Origin: a virus
Taxonomy: Duplodnaviria; Caudoviricetes
Virus record (IMG/VR): IMGVR_UViG_3300028591_000138
Span: 1 to 64,000 of that record
Direction: 5' to 3' (one strand)
DNA length: 64,000 nucleotides
Each line of letters opens with the position of its first letter. Within the stretch, counting starts at the first letter, position 1. Positions 18,192 through 28,496 of this stretch are shown piece after piece. The notes under the pieces were generated by a model. That model did no database searches and was not told where the DNA came from. It was given only the letters and a program-made list of their open reading frames with translations. Both the position numbers and the translations under genes were made by a program.

Positions 18192-18271
18192 GGCATACAA
18201 CTAAGTTATTGGAATTTGTTTTTAACACACACTACTATTATATTGTATTATATTAGAACACAATAAAAAAC

Positions 18272-19870
18272 ATGTACAACAATTTTGCGAAATACTGTCT
18301 GACACACGGAGCATACATCAATTGGCTTGAAGTGTCGGGCGAGCAATGCAGTCATCTTGGACTGTGCAACCCGTCCGTGTTCATCGACGGCGACGACATT
18401 AGGGTAATCCTTAGGAATGTCAACTATATGCTGTGGTCGTCATTGAACGAATACAAATTCACAGGCCCGTATGGTCCGTTATATTATGTCACGCCAGACA
18501 ACGACCAACATTTACGAACCAGAAACTTTCTTGGTGTTATAAAAGACGACAGCGCAGAGTATAAGCTCATTGACACTTCGGCGTGTGATTGGGAGGCTCA
18601 GTGGGAGTTTGTCGGGCACGAGGACATGAGGCTGGTTCGCTGGAACGGCAAGCTGTACGGCACAGGAGTTCAGCGCGACTGGAACACAACGGGCATCGGA
18701 AGAATGCATCTGTCCGAAATAGACCCTGAGACTGGCAAGGAGCTCAGCAGAGTCAGACTGGCTGCACCTGGCGCGAACGATGGGTATTGTGAGAAAAACT
18801 GGATGCCAGTCCTCGACATGCCGTACCACTATGTAAGGTGGTGCAACCCGCTGGAGCTTGTGAAAGTCGACCCCGAGACGGGTGTCGGTGAGACGGTTAA
18901 GGTTGTTGAATACCCGCAGGATACTGTTGGGTTAAGTATTGACGGTATGGCTATGCGCGGCAGCTCGCAGGTTGTAACATGGGGTGACTACAGGATTGCG
19001 ATTGTACATTTCTGCCATCTGGACATGAACGAGAAGAAAGAGAAAACCAACCCCATATACACAGAGCGGTTTATTGTCTGGGACAAGGACTGGAATATTG
19101 TGAACGCCACGGCGCCGTTTAAATTCGCCAACTTCAACATAGAGTTCACGAACGGTCTTGCTTTCAAGGACGGCATATTCTATATTCCGTTCGCTCTTCA
19201 GGATAACATGGCTTTCATGCTCCGTGTGAACGAGGATGTTGTACGTAAGTTTATTTTCGACAAGGAATTGTCATATGGAAATTATAACCTGACCAACAAT
19301 ATTTATCTGGAATTTTTCAATAATTCAACCGACAGTGCCACGCTTGTGCGTATGGGCGACCAGTATTTCGCGAAAGGCTTGCTGGCTGCAAGCTGTGTCT
19401 GCTACGAGCGTGCGTGCGACTACAACACGTTTGCCAACAGGTATGATTTGTACAACGCCGTGTTCATGACTGGACAATGCATTGCCAAGCTTGGGCGTCG
19501 CGATGCGATGGAAAAGCACATATGGCTTCGATTGATTGATATGTGTCCCGAACGTTCTGAAGGCTACATGATGATGGCTCGCTACTATCTGTGGCGGAAT
19601 TGTCGTAGCGAGGCTTATGCTTTCGCGAAAATGGCATACGAGAAAAACAACTTCAGGCAGATTGGGGCTTATTCTGGTATTGAGAATGAAAACGACGCGT
19701 TTGTTGAATATATGGTAGCCAAATACTGGACGGAACAGTATATGGAATGTGAAAAGGACATCGCTGAGTTTACCAAGACCCATAAATGCACACCTAATCA
19801 GTTTGTCAAGCTTCATAACATTCAGAACATGATTAACACCAATAAACCCAACAGAAAGAGGATTCTCTAA
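18272..19870 (+). CDS. Five-bladed beta-propeller glycosidase-like (GH130-like) + TPR protein
   Basis: CNPSV, GHEDMRLVRWNG, CEKNWMP and IEFTNGL motifs; TPR-like C-terminus (CPERSEGY). Confidence 0.65.
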   Translation: MYNNFAKYCLTHGAYINWLEVSGEQCSHLGLCNPSVFIDGDDIRVILRNVNYMLWSSLNEYKFTGPYGPLYYVTPDNDQHLRTRNFLGVIKDDSAEYKLIDTSACDWEAQWEFVGHEDMRLVRWNGKLYGTGVQRDWNTTGIGRMHLSEIDPETGKELSRVRLAAPGANDGYCEKNWMPVLDMPYHYVRWCNPLELVKVDPETGVGETVKVVEYPQDTVGLSIDGMAMRGSSQVVTWGDYRIAIVHFCHLDMNEKKEKTNPIYTERFIVWDKDWNIVNATAPFKFANFNIEFTNGLAFKDGIFYIPFALQDNMAFMLRVNEDVVRKFIFDKELSYGNYNLTNNIYLEFFNNSTDSATLVRMGDQYFAKGLLAASCVCYERACDYNTFANRYDLYNAVFMTGQCIAKLGRRDAMEKHIWLRLIDMCPERSEGYMMMARYYLWRNCRSEAYAFAKMAYEKNNFRQIGAYSGIENENDAFVEYMVAKYWTEQYMECEKDIAEFTKTHKCTPNQFVKLHNIQNMINTNKPNRKRIL

Positions 19871-21231
19871 TGGTTACCAACAATTTATTGAAATACGCTT
19901 TGGAAAACGGGGGACGGCACTATGTGATAGACATTCCCAGAAAATTGCGGCGCGGGCATATTCCAGCCAATCCAACCTGTTCGGTTTTCAACAACAAAAT
20001 TGTTGTTAACACACGTATGCTGACATATGTTAAATGTATCCTGGTTCAGGATTATCTAACAACACGGTTCAACGTAAACCCAGGTTATTTCTATCACCCC
20101 AACGGATACAACAGCAGGAATGTAATCGGGGAATTGGGGGAGGAAGGTTTAACTGGCGCTAGAACATTGGGCGAACGTCAGGGCGTATTAAACACATACT
20201 TTAACGGTCTGGAAGATGTCAGACTGGTTTCCTGGAACGGAAAACTATACGCCTACGGCACCCGTCTGGATGTTGCCGAGGGCAGGGTGGCAATTTGTTT
20301 ACATGAACTTGATGAAGATTATCAGGTTGTTAACGAGGTTATTTTGGACAGTCCTACAAACAGTCCCATGGAAAAGAACTGGGCAGCGGTTGAAGACCGT
20401 CCGTTTACTTTCGTTTATTATACCAATCCACAAACAGTCATCGAAGTTAATCCAACCGACGGGTCAGTCAAGATATTAAGTGAACACAAGGAGTTTTCAA
20501 CAGCCCCTCACGGTTTGCGCGGTAATACCAACGTGGTGAGACTGGATGGTGAGCGTTATATTGAAATGGTGCATGAAACGAAATTCACCGACACTAGCGA
20601 TGGAACGCAGGATATTTCATACAATATGGCTTTTGTTGTTTATGACAACGATTTGAACATTATACATTCGACGAAATTCTTTAGTTTCGGACAATTTCTT
20701 TCCCAGTTTGGATGCGGGCTTTGCATTCTCGGCGACGATGCATATATTGCATACAGTGAGATGGATGCACAGGCGAATATTCTCAAACTGCCGAAAGAGA
20801 AACTCATTGAATATATCTATAGTGACATTGTAGACGAACCAGAGCCTTTGGATGCAGACCGTTACAAAAATATGATTGAAACTATGCTGGAAGCGGGATA
20901 TATTGACCAAGCCTATCCATTCATCAACTATTGTCTCGACAACGGTGTATATGACGGCGAAGAAAAATACGAGAAACTTATATTGACACTAGGCTTTATT
21001 TGCCAGGAAATATACAGAATACCAGACGGTAACTACAATACATTGGAACAGACTCTGGATAAGATAATGTCGGAAGGGTTTAAAGTGAAAGAATGTCTTT
21101 ATTTGAAATCAATTATATACCGTGCTCGCGGTGACATTGGTCAATCTAAAATGTACCGTCAGATGGCTGACGAAACCGAGGGAGTGTGTTCGCTTGGGTT
21201 TTTAAGTTTAATTAATCCGCACTATTTGTGA
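19870..21231 (+). CDS. Paralogous GH130-like propeller + helical repeat protein
   Basis: ANPT, GLEDVRLVSWNG, MEKNWAA motifs; translationally coupled to the previous gene. Confidence 0.65.
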   Translation: MVTNNLLKYALENGGRHYVIDIPRKLRRGHIPANPTCSVFNNKIVVNTRMLTYVKCILVQDYLTTRFNVNPGYFYHPNGYNSRNVIGELGEEGLTGARTLGERQGVLNTYFNGLEDVRLVSWNGKLYAYGTRLDVAEGRVAICLHELDEDYQVVNEVILDSPTNSPMEKNWAAVEDRPFTFVYYTNPQTVIEVNPTDGSVKILSEHKEFSTAPHGLRGNTNVVRLDGERYIEMVHETKFTDTSDGTQDISYNMAFVVYDNDLNIIHSTKFFSFGQFLSQFGCGLCILGDDAYIAYSEMDAQANILKLPKEKLIEYIYSDIVDEPEPLDADRYKNMIETMLEAGYIDQAYPFINYCLDNGVYDGEEKYEKLILTLGFICQEIYRIPDGNYNTLEQTLDKIMSEGFKVKECLYLKSIIYRARGDIGQSKMYRQMADETEGVCSLGFLSLINPHYL

Positions 21232-21291
21232 TTTTTTTCTAATTAGTTACTATTTATTAATATAATAATAGAACAAAAAATTTTTCTAACT

Positions 21292-21939
21292 ATGAAACTT
21301 GATACAAGAAATCCGTTCGCTGCTTGGGGATTCGAGCAGGAGGTTTATGCTGTTAACGTTAATGAGGCGACCACCAAAGAAACTGGCATCAATAATTTTG
21401 ATGAAGAAAAGGATAAAGGTTTCCAGCCAGCCGCTAATGTAGGCGTTGAGGAAAACTATGTTAACGGTGGTCAAGATTTGGCGATAGCTGATGCGGATTG
21501 GACTGAACAGAATCCAATTGACGCTTCGAATTTCGACACCAACGACGAAAAAATGAAGCCTGTGTATTACAACACCAAACGTGTTGTTCCTGGTGAGGAC
21601 TTGCTGAAACGTCCTGTATCCGAGGATGGCAAAAAAGATGAGGATGACCGTGATTACAAATACAACAACGTCGAGTTGAACTATTATGGCATCCAGTCTG
21701 CAGATTTGAACATCAATCCTGAACCAGCTGAAAGCACTGAAGAGGGTGGTGAATCTGATGAGCCTACAACAGAGCCAACCGAACCTACAACAGAGCCAAC
21801 CGAACCTACAACGGAGCCAACCGAACCTACAACGGAGCCAACCAACACTGAGGAGCCTGGTGACGGTGAGCCTACTGCTGAAGCTGGCGCTGGCGCTGGT
21901 GAAGTTGATGGTGGCGGTGCTGACCTTGACGGTGAATAA
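21292..21939 (+). CDS. Acidic protein with PTTE/PTE repeats
   Basis: Own TATTTATT promoter-like site and terminator; low-complexity C-terminus. Confidence 0.7.
   Translation: MKLDTRNPFAAWGFEQEVYAVNVNEATTKETGINNFDEEKDKGFQPAANVGVEENYVNGGQDLAIADADWTEQNPIDASNFDTNDEKMKPVYYNTKRVVPGEDLLKRPVSEDGKKDEDDRDYKYNNVELNYYGIQSADLNINPEPAESTEEGGESDEPTTEPTEPTTEPTEPTTEPTEPTTEPTNTEEPGDGEPTAEAGAGAGEVDGGGADLDGE
21760..21843 (+). repeat. 21-bp tandem repeat x4 (EPTTEPT)
   Basis: GA(A/G)CCTACAAC(A/G)GAGCCAACC repeated. Confidence 0.9.
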
Positions 21940-21998
21940 ACCTGATTATTGGCACACACAAAATAAAAGAGAGTCTATCGAAGGCTCTCTTTTTTTTG

Positions 21999-23798
21999 TT
22001 ATTTGAGTAGTTTGGATAACAAGTCGTTCCTGTTAGTTTTGTTATTGGGGGACGGCTGTTGAATAATTTTCACGTTATCGTTCTTGTGAAGTGAATCCAA
22101 TTGCGTTGAGTTTTTCAGTCTAAATTTAGCCAACTCGACGTTATTGATAGGTTGGAATGGCTGTTTGTTGTATAATTGACAAACCTTGGACTCGATGTAA
22201 TTAAACTCCACAACCTCGTCACCTTCATGTGAAATGTTTCTAGTTGGCGGAAACTCCTGTTCGGATACGTAGCAGAGTTTATGTTTTGCTCTTGTTATTG
22301 CAACATAAATCAAGTTTCGTTCCTGTTGCAATTCGGATGGTGTCTTGGCTGATTTCTGAGGCATGCTCGACCGACACAGAATATGCACATTGTCGGCTTC
22401 CAGTCCTTTGGCTTTGTGTATTGTGGAGAGGCATACACCTACTTTGTCGCTGTTATAGATGTTTTCTATTTTGTTTATAAGACATGATACCGAATCACAA
22501 TCATCTGCAATGGTTAAGAGCGATGCTATTCTGTCGTATTTGGCTTGTACCGACTGTGAATTGATAGCACCTGGAATATCCAGCCCGTTTTCAACCAGAC
22601 GGTTGCGTTCGTTGACCATGTCTTCATATAGGCGCGGAAATAAGCCATCCTTATCAAGTGACTTGCCTAATTCCTCACCAACACTGAAGTGACGGATGAC
22701 GGATAACATTGTATTTTTATCATCGTCTTTACCTTTAATGTAACAGGGTGTGTTGTTCTTAATCAGTTTTGCGTAGATTTTAAACAACGGTGCATTGGTT
22801 CGACATAATACCATATCGTTATCCTTTATTTCGGATAGTGATGATTTGTGTTTAATCAACCCTAACCCAGCGTCGGGACGCGCAAAGATATCGGACACAA
22901 ACTGGTTTGCCTCCTGAATGATTTTTACATCGCATCTATAGGAAATTGGCAAATCAAACACTTGGGTGTTGGGGTAGTTGCACATTTCCTGGAAGGCGGT
23001 TTCGGAGGCACCAGCAAATTGGTTGATTGATTGAAATTCGTCCCCGCAGGAAACAAATCTAGTTCCACGCTTGAAACATTTGATGAACAGTTTAACGTAA
23101 GCGACAGAATAATCCTGAGCTTCGTCATTGAAAATCCAGTCATATTTATTAGACTTGGGGTTCATAAACAGTTCATTGGGAAGCCATACCATATCAGTAT
23201 AGTCGATTGTATCGGTATTGTTTTTACCCCAGTCCATCAGTGACATGACAACGTTTGTTTCGTCATAGTTAACTGGAATACTGTAGGTGTCGGCTATTTT
23301 GTTTATTTCCCTGGCTGACTGGGCAAGATTCAGTCGAGCAAACTCCAGCAATTGTATAACATTGTCACAATACTCCGCCAGTGCGTTGACTCTATGCGGA
23401 GGCAACTGTGCGGTACTGAGCTTGGATAGGTTTTTGTTCAAATATGCCCTGTATTTGTTGTCGTCAACCTCGGGTTGTTTACCTAGATTCTGGGAAATGA
23501 TGGAAACGCCCAAGCCATGTACTGTCTTTACAGTGCAATTTTCATTGTTTGCCAGCTTTTTGCTAATCTCATCTTTAACCGATTTATTGAATGCCAGGAA
23601 CAGGCAGTTTTTCCTGGTTGGAATCAATTTCATTGCGGCAATGAGTGTTGCTGTCTTGCCGCTACCAGCGCGCGCCTTGATAACAGCGTTGCCCGTCTGG
23701 TGTATGACGAAATTGAATATCTTGTTCTGGTATTCGGACGGCTGAAACCCTAAGGCTTCCTTAAAGCGTTCTATGTCTTGGGCTTTGATACTTTCCAT
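21999..23798 (-). CDS. UvrD/Rep superfamily 1 helicase
   Basis: ARAGSGKT, DEAQD, GDEFQSI, SYRC, STIHKAKGLE, YVAITRAK. Confidence 0.92.
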   Translation of the reverse strand: MESIKAQDIERFKEALGFQPSEYQNKIFNFVIHQTGNAVIKARAGSGKTATLIAAMKLIPTRKNCLFLAFNKSVKDEISKKLANNENCTVKTVHGLGVSIISQNLGKQPEVDDNKYRAYLNKNLSKLSTAQLPPHRVNALAEYCDNVIQLLEFARLNLAQSAREINKIADTYSIPVNYDETNVVMSLMDWGKNNTDTIDYTDMVWLPNELFMNPKSNKYDWIFNDEAQDYSVAYVKLFIKCFKRGTRFVSCGDEFQSINQFAGASETAFQEMCNYPNTQVFDLPISYRCDVKIIQEANQFVSDIFARPDAGLGLIKHKSSLSEIKDNDMVLCRTNAPLFKIYAKLIKNNTPCYIKGKDDDKNTMLSVIRHFSVGEELGKSLDKDGLFPRLYEDMVNERNRLVENGLDIPGAINSQSVQAKYDRIASLLTIADDCDSVSCLINKIENIYNSDKVGVCLSTIHKAKGLEADNVHILCRSSMPQKSAKTPSELQQERNLIYVAITRAKHKLCYVSEQEFPPTRNISHEGDEVVEFNYIESKVCQLYNKQPFQPINNVELAKFRLKNSTQLDSLHKNDNVKIIQQPSPNNKTNRNDLLSKLLK

Positions 23799-23804
23799 TT
23801 TAAA

Positions 23805-24515
23805 TTAGTTTCCCAAAAGTGTTTGCAGGAACTTGTCAACCCTCTCTTTATCGAAGGGGAAGTTGATTTTTTGTGTTTTACCGTCAGCCCAGAGACAACC
23901 GTTGACCTGACCTTCATCGTTCTCGTCTTTGGTGATGTTAAGTTTGCAGCCCCGTGACCAGTTTTCGGGATGGAATGGTGTTCCAAGCTCACCGTCGGGG
24001 TCTTCTTTAGCTTCTTTTTCAACAACTTTTTCCTTGCAATCTTTTTTGTCGTCGCCAGTTGTCATGTTGTCGATAACAATTTCATTGATAGCTTTTTCTA
24101 ATGACTTAATGTCATTGTCGGAAAGTGTACGAATTACATCAAAAATACTGTTGATGGTTTTGGTGCGGTTATACAGTTCTTCAGGCTCACTGGTCTGCGT
24201 CAGATAGTCTCCGATTGCGTTGCGTATTCTAGATGTGTCGATTTCGGACAAGTCGCAGCCTGGCATCGGGAATACGCCGAAGGTTATAACAAAAAGACGG
24301 CAAAGAGTGTTGGTTGAAATAAATCCATCCCATTCATCATTAAGTATTTGATTTATTTTTTCTTCACTTATCGCTAAGAGAAATGATGCTTGTTTGATGG
24401 TGGTATTTCCTTCTTCAATTAAGGTTTTCAAACATTCGCGTACAATACTCGTTAACTGTTTGTGAGTGTACTTGGTGTAGTTTTTAAGCAGTTCTTGAAT
24501 TTTGTCTAATTCCAT
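23805..24515 (-). CDS. Hypothetical protein, possible N-terminal HTH
   Basis: IKQASFLLAISEEKINQIL resembles an XRE-type HTH. Confidence 0.55.
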   Translation of the reverse strand: MELDKIQELLKNYTKYTHKQLTSIVRECLKTLIEEGNTTIKQASFLLAISEEKINQILNDEWDGFISTNTLCRLFVITFGVFPMPGCDLSEIDTSRIRNAIGDYLTQTSEPEELYNRTKTINSIFDVIRTLSDNDIKSLEKAINEIVIDNMTTGDDKKDCKEKVVEKEAKEDPDGELGTPFHPENWSRGCKLNITKDENDEGQVNGCLWADGKTQKINFPFDKERVDKFLQTLLGN

Positions 24516-24540
24516 TGTTTATTTATGTTTATAATTTTAA

Positions 24541-25428
24541 TTATCTATTTTTTGGATAAGGGAATGTTTTGTTCAGGGTCTCGAATTGTTTGCGGAGACA
24601 TTTGGTCTCGCGTTTATCTCTGCCGAGCACGAAGGCATATTTATGCTTCGACGGGAAACTGATTTTCTCGGCTTTGGCATACATTTCCTTGGAGTATGCT
24701 CGTAGTTGTTCTTCCACGTCGGTCGGTACATTCTCCCAGAGCATTTTCTGGTCGTTGTTCCAGTTGGGTTGCCATTCAATGCCAAGGTCTTTGGCGTATT
24801 TCTTGTAGAAACTCCTAGCTCTGAATGCACGGTCGCTAATGAGTTTGGTTGGGTTGTATGGGTTGATACATCTTGTGTTTGTGCCGCTACCTTGACCAAG
24901 GTAATAAAAGTTGAGACCTTGATAGATGGAGCCCAGTTCCTTAGCTTGAGGGTCGCTATAACATGTGAAAAGGCGATAATCGGTGTTGTCAACCATCCAG
25001 CGGATAGCCCACATAAGAAACTTGCTTCCGAGATTCATTGGCGTCCATGAAGCGGACGCACCACGAGCGATTAACCTCTCTTTCTTTTCCGTACCCTCGC
25101 CTAGTAGTTTGGAAAACGCGTTGGGCATACCCATTATGATAACGCCACCCAGGATGCCTCTATACCTGGCAACAAACCAATGTGTAGGAAATGAACCGAC
25201 GGTACCGAGCCATTCATACCTTTTGATAAAGTCGGTGGCTTCCTTTTTATCCTCCTTGGATTCTATATAGGAAAATTCAAATTCATCGAGATTAATGTTC
25301 TTGATGAATTCATCATCCCAACCCAACGAACGCTTATCCTCAGCAAGGGTGTCGACGCGTCGCTGATATTGGTAACAATGGTCTTCGGTGTAGTTATTGA
25401 TTTTGTTTAAAAGTTCCAGGCTGCTCAT
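24541..25428 (-). CDS. Mom-like GNAT acetyltransferase (putative DNA base modification)
   Basis: FIKRYEWLG...LGGVIIMG.P...LIARG...N.GSKFL...TCYSDP...GSIYQGLNFYYLG matches the Mom-family pattern. Confidence 0.7.
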   Translation of the reverse strand: MSSLELLNKINNYTEDHCYQYQRRVDTLAEDKRSLGWDDEFIKNINLDEFEFSYIESKEDKKEATDFIKRYEWLGTVGSFPTHWFVARYRGILGGVIIMGMPNAFSKLLGEGTEKKERLIARGASASWTPMNLGSKFLMWAIRWMVDNTDYRLFTCYSDPQAKELGSIYQGLNFYYLGQGSGTNTRCINPYNPTKLISDRAFRARSFYKKYAKDLGIEWQPNWNNDQKMLWENVPTDVEEQLRAYSKEMYAKAEKISFPSKHKYAFVLGRDKRETKCLRKQFETLNKTFPYPKNR

Positions 25429-25949
25429 TAATCACAAATTTTTCTAGTTAAGAAATCCTCGGACGTTGAGTTGTGTTCGTCAGTCTCCTCCATGGTGAAC
25501 TGCAGACTCATGGCTTTCATGAAGTTGATTATGGATATCTGTCCCTCAACTCCCTCAAATCTGGGTTCCCCGTTAACATATACCTTAACCTCACCAGTCT
25601 CGTTGTTGTATTTCATGTGAATGCTGTATTCGCCCTCGAACTCTTCTGATTTGGTTAATTTTTGTTTAAGAGTCTCCAATTTAGCTAAATCGGTGTCGTC
25701 AAGTTTTTCACATTCATACTTCTTGATTGTGGTGGCAAATGCCTGTCCGTTGGACTGCGCGTCGCGGAAATACACATAGTCGAGAGGCTCTACCTCTCTG
25801 TACAAATAGGTTCTGCCACCCTTGAAAACGATTTTCACAGCGCGTTTGCTATTGTCCTGCGTGTCGAAACATTCGCTGTAGATGATGTTGGTGCTGTCGT
25901 ACCATGTGTGGTCGACGCTGTTTCTGTAAAAGTTTGCTGTCTTGCTCAT
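25428..25949 (-). CDS. KTSC-domain protein
   Basis: DSTNI...IVFKGGRTYLYREV...Y..F..AQSNGQAF...IK. Confidence 0.7.
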   Translation of the reverse strand: MSKTANFYRNSVDHTWYDSTNIIYSECFDTQDNSKRAVKIVFKGGRTYLYREVEPLDYVYFRDAQSNGQAFATTIKKYECEKLDDTDLAKLETLKQKLTKSEEFEGEYSIHMKYNNETGEVKVYVNGEPRFEGVEGQISIINFMKAMSLQFTMEETDEHNSTSEDFLTRKICD

Positions 25950-25954
25950 ACTAT

Positions 25955-25963
25955 TAATATACG
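25955..25963 (-). promoter_or_regulatory. Putative early/middle promoter CGTATATTA (representative copy)
   Basis: Also at 33744-33752 (-), 35155-35163 (+) and 47219-47227 (+), always just upstream of a start codon. Confidence 0.5.
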
Positions 25964-26024
25964 ATTTTTTTGAATATAAGGAAAGAAAAAGTTATATTAA
26001 TGTAAAGAAAAAACGACACGATAC

Positions 26025-28481
26025 ATGGCTGAGCCTATATTATCATATGAATTGAAATCACTACTTACCAAAATCAAGACTGATTTCGTACTCGAGTTTC
26101 CTATACAGACAATCTCACTAAACTATCTAGTGTTGGCTATACTGGAAAACAAATACTGCGACGGACACGATGTTTTCTCCAAGTTGATGATGGATTCCAC
26201 GGTACAGGAGTTCAAGACGTATGTCACCGAGCGTATTTTAATAGATTCCGCCAACAGTGTGAAGGTTACCGAAAATTCACAGTTTTCTGATGATTATGAA
26301 AAGATTGCCCAGGAGATAGCCGACAGCGGGGCGCAGGTTGTGACCAGTTCTCTGATGCTGGCATCCATAATCATGCGAGACAAGGACATGATGCGCGTCC
26401 TTACTCGTATGGGTGTCACCAACGAACAACTGCTTGACGTTGTAACCACTCAGATGGCAGCTGTCGGGGCGGACGAGGCTACACCTAAACCACAGCGTAA
26501 AACCCACAGGCGTGGAGCCACAAAAGCCAAAACTAAAAAAGATTCGGATGTTGAAGTGAAACTTGCGGAAACCAAGAACGGAAAGGTGACCAGAGTAATC
26601 CCCGATGAGAACAATGTTGTGGAGACTAACTGCACAAACATGGTGCGAGAGGCATTCTCTGGCAAATATGACAATATCATCGGGTTTGACAAAGAAATTG
26701 AAACTATATTTAACGTTTTGGGTAAATGCGACAGAAATACTGTCGCCGTTGTTGGCGGTCGCGGGGTGGGGAAAACCAGTCTAATTAAACGGCTGGCAAA
26801 ACGCCTGTACGACCAGGATTGCCCCAAAGCGTTTAAAGATAAGTACGTCATGTTGTTCGGAGACACCATTGCCTCTACGGTGATTAAGGACATGTCGCGG
26901 CAAGGAAAATATATTGCAGTCATCGATGACCTGGAAAGACTGTTCGTCAACAAGGAAACTGAAATGAACAATGTGTATGTATTAATGGAGTTGTTCAGGT
27001 CGCCGAATATATCGACTATCGTTGTGATGAACGACAGCGCGTATTCCAAATGCGTTGAATCAAAACCAGAGCTTTCGAGGTATTTGAATAAAATCATTAT
27101 AAATGAGCCAACTGGCACCACACTAGTTGACATAGTTCAGCATGCTGCCAAACAATACGAAGAATATCATGGAGTTACATTCAGTCAGGAAAACATCAAC
27201 GATGCCATACACTTAGCCAAGCGGTTTGTTACAATCGAACAAAATCCACAAGCGGCAGTGAACATTCTTGATTCTGCGGCTTCATACGTGAGAATTAAGG
27301 AAACTGAATCTGATGAAGTGATAAAGTTGAAGGCACAACTGGCTGAGGTGGAAGCTAAGATTGCTGCAATACCAAGCACAGCGTCGGCTAGTGAGTTTGA
27401 TGTTAAGGATGAACTTACCCGAAAACAAATTGCATTAGGAAAAGAAATTGCTCAGGCGGAAAAGAAAAACGAAGATATTCATCTCACCATCACATCCAAT
27501 GATATTAAGACTGTGGTGTCGGAAATGACCAATGTTCCTGTAAATGAGATGGATGAAGATGAGAAGAAGAAATTAAAAGACCTTGAAAACAACTTGAGAA
27601 CGGTCGTTGTTGGGCAAAATGAAGCCATTAGCGACCTGGTTCGTGCGGTTAAACGACAGCGGGTCGGTCTGGCTAACCCTAATCGTCCAGTCGTCATGAT
27701 GATGGTTGGAACCACGGGAACTGGTAAATCGTTTTTAGCTAAAAGGTTGGCTTACGAGATGTTCGGTGACGAGAAAAATATGGTGCGCTTGGATATGTCT
27801 GAATACGCCGACAAGACCAGTATCAATAAAATGTACGGCAGTTCGCCTGGATATGTTGGGTATGAAGAGGGTGGCGTACTGACTGAAGCTATAAAGAAAA
27901 ACAACAGATGCGTACTTCTCCTGGATGAAATCGAAAAGGCACACGAGGATGTTTTCGATGTGCTGTTGCAGGTTTTTGATGAGGGGCGTTTGACAGATAA
28001 CAAGGGTACGCTTGTGGACTTCAAGAACGTCATAATCATCATGACGTCTAATGTCGGCGCCAAGGATGTTACAGACAAGGTTGCAAAAATTGGTTTTGGG
28101 AGTCATAACGAAAACCTGGAGAATAAAGAGATTATATTGAAAGCAATCAAGAAGTCTTTCAAACCCGAGTTTATCAATCGTATAGACAATATCTGTTATT
28201 TCAACAAACTAACCGACGATAATCTCAAGACAATTATATCGAACGAAATCAAGAAAATAGCATCACAGGTTGAAACAATCGGGTATAAACTTGATGAAAC
28301 AATAACCGACGGCAAATTAATTGACAGTATATTCGAAAAGGTTAAGAAAGAGGCTGAATACGGTGCCAGACCTATATTGAGGGAGGTTCAGTTCCAATTG
28401 GTTGACAAGCTGACTGATTTTATTATAGACAATCAGACTGAACCTGGCTATGTTTTCAAATATTCAGATATTTATAACTAA
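26025..28481 (+). CDS. ClpA/ClpC-like AAA+ chaperone (two ATPase domains)
   Basis: Clp N-domain-like start, GGRGVGKT, coiled-coil middle region, GTTGTGKS, RLDMSEY, GSSPGYVGYEEGG, LLLDEIEKAH, KIGFG loop, GARP. Confidence 0.9.
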   Translation: MAEPILSYELKSLLTKIKTDFVLEFPIQTISLNYLVLAILENKYCDGHDVFSKLMMDSTVQEFKTYVTERILIDSANSVKVTENSQFSDDYEKIAQEIADSGAQVVTSSLMLASIIMRDKDMMRVLTRMGVTNEQLLDVVTTQMAAVGADEATPKPQRKTHRRGATKAKTKKDSDVEVKLAETKNGKVTRVIPDENNVVETNCTNMVREAFSGKYDNIIGFDKEIETIFNVLGKCDRNTVAVVGGRGVGKTSLIKRLAKRLYDQDCPKAFKDKYVMLFGDTIASTVIKDMSRQGKYIAVIDDLERLFVNKETEMNNVYVLMELFRSPNISTIVVMNDSAYSKCVESKPELSRYLNKIIINEPTGTTLVDIVQHAAKQYEEYHGVTFSQENINDAIHLAKRFVTIEQNPQAAVNILDSAASYVRIKETESDEVIKLKAQLAEVEAKIAAIPSTASASEFDVKDELTRKQIALGKEIAQAEKKNEDIHLTITSNDIKTVVSEMTNVPVNEMDEDEKKKLKDLENNLRTVVVGQNEAISDLVRAVKRQRVGLANPNRPVVMMMVGTTGTGKSFLAKRLAYEMFGDEKNMVRLDMSEYADKTSINKMYGSSPGYVGYEEGGVLTEAIKKNNRCVLLLDEIEKAHEDVFDVLLQVFDEGRLTDNKGTLVDFKNVIIIMTSNVGAKDVTDKVAKIGFGSHNENLENKEIILKAIKKSFKPEFINRIDNICYFNKLTDDNLKTIISNEIKKIASQVETIGYKLDETITDGKLIDSIFEKVKKEAEYGARPILREVQFQLVDKLTDFIIDNQTEPGYVFKYSDIYN

Positions 28482-28496
28482 ATATAACATTCGAAT

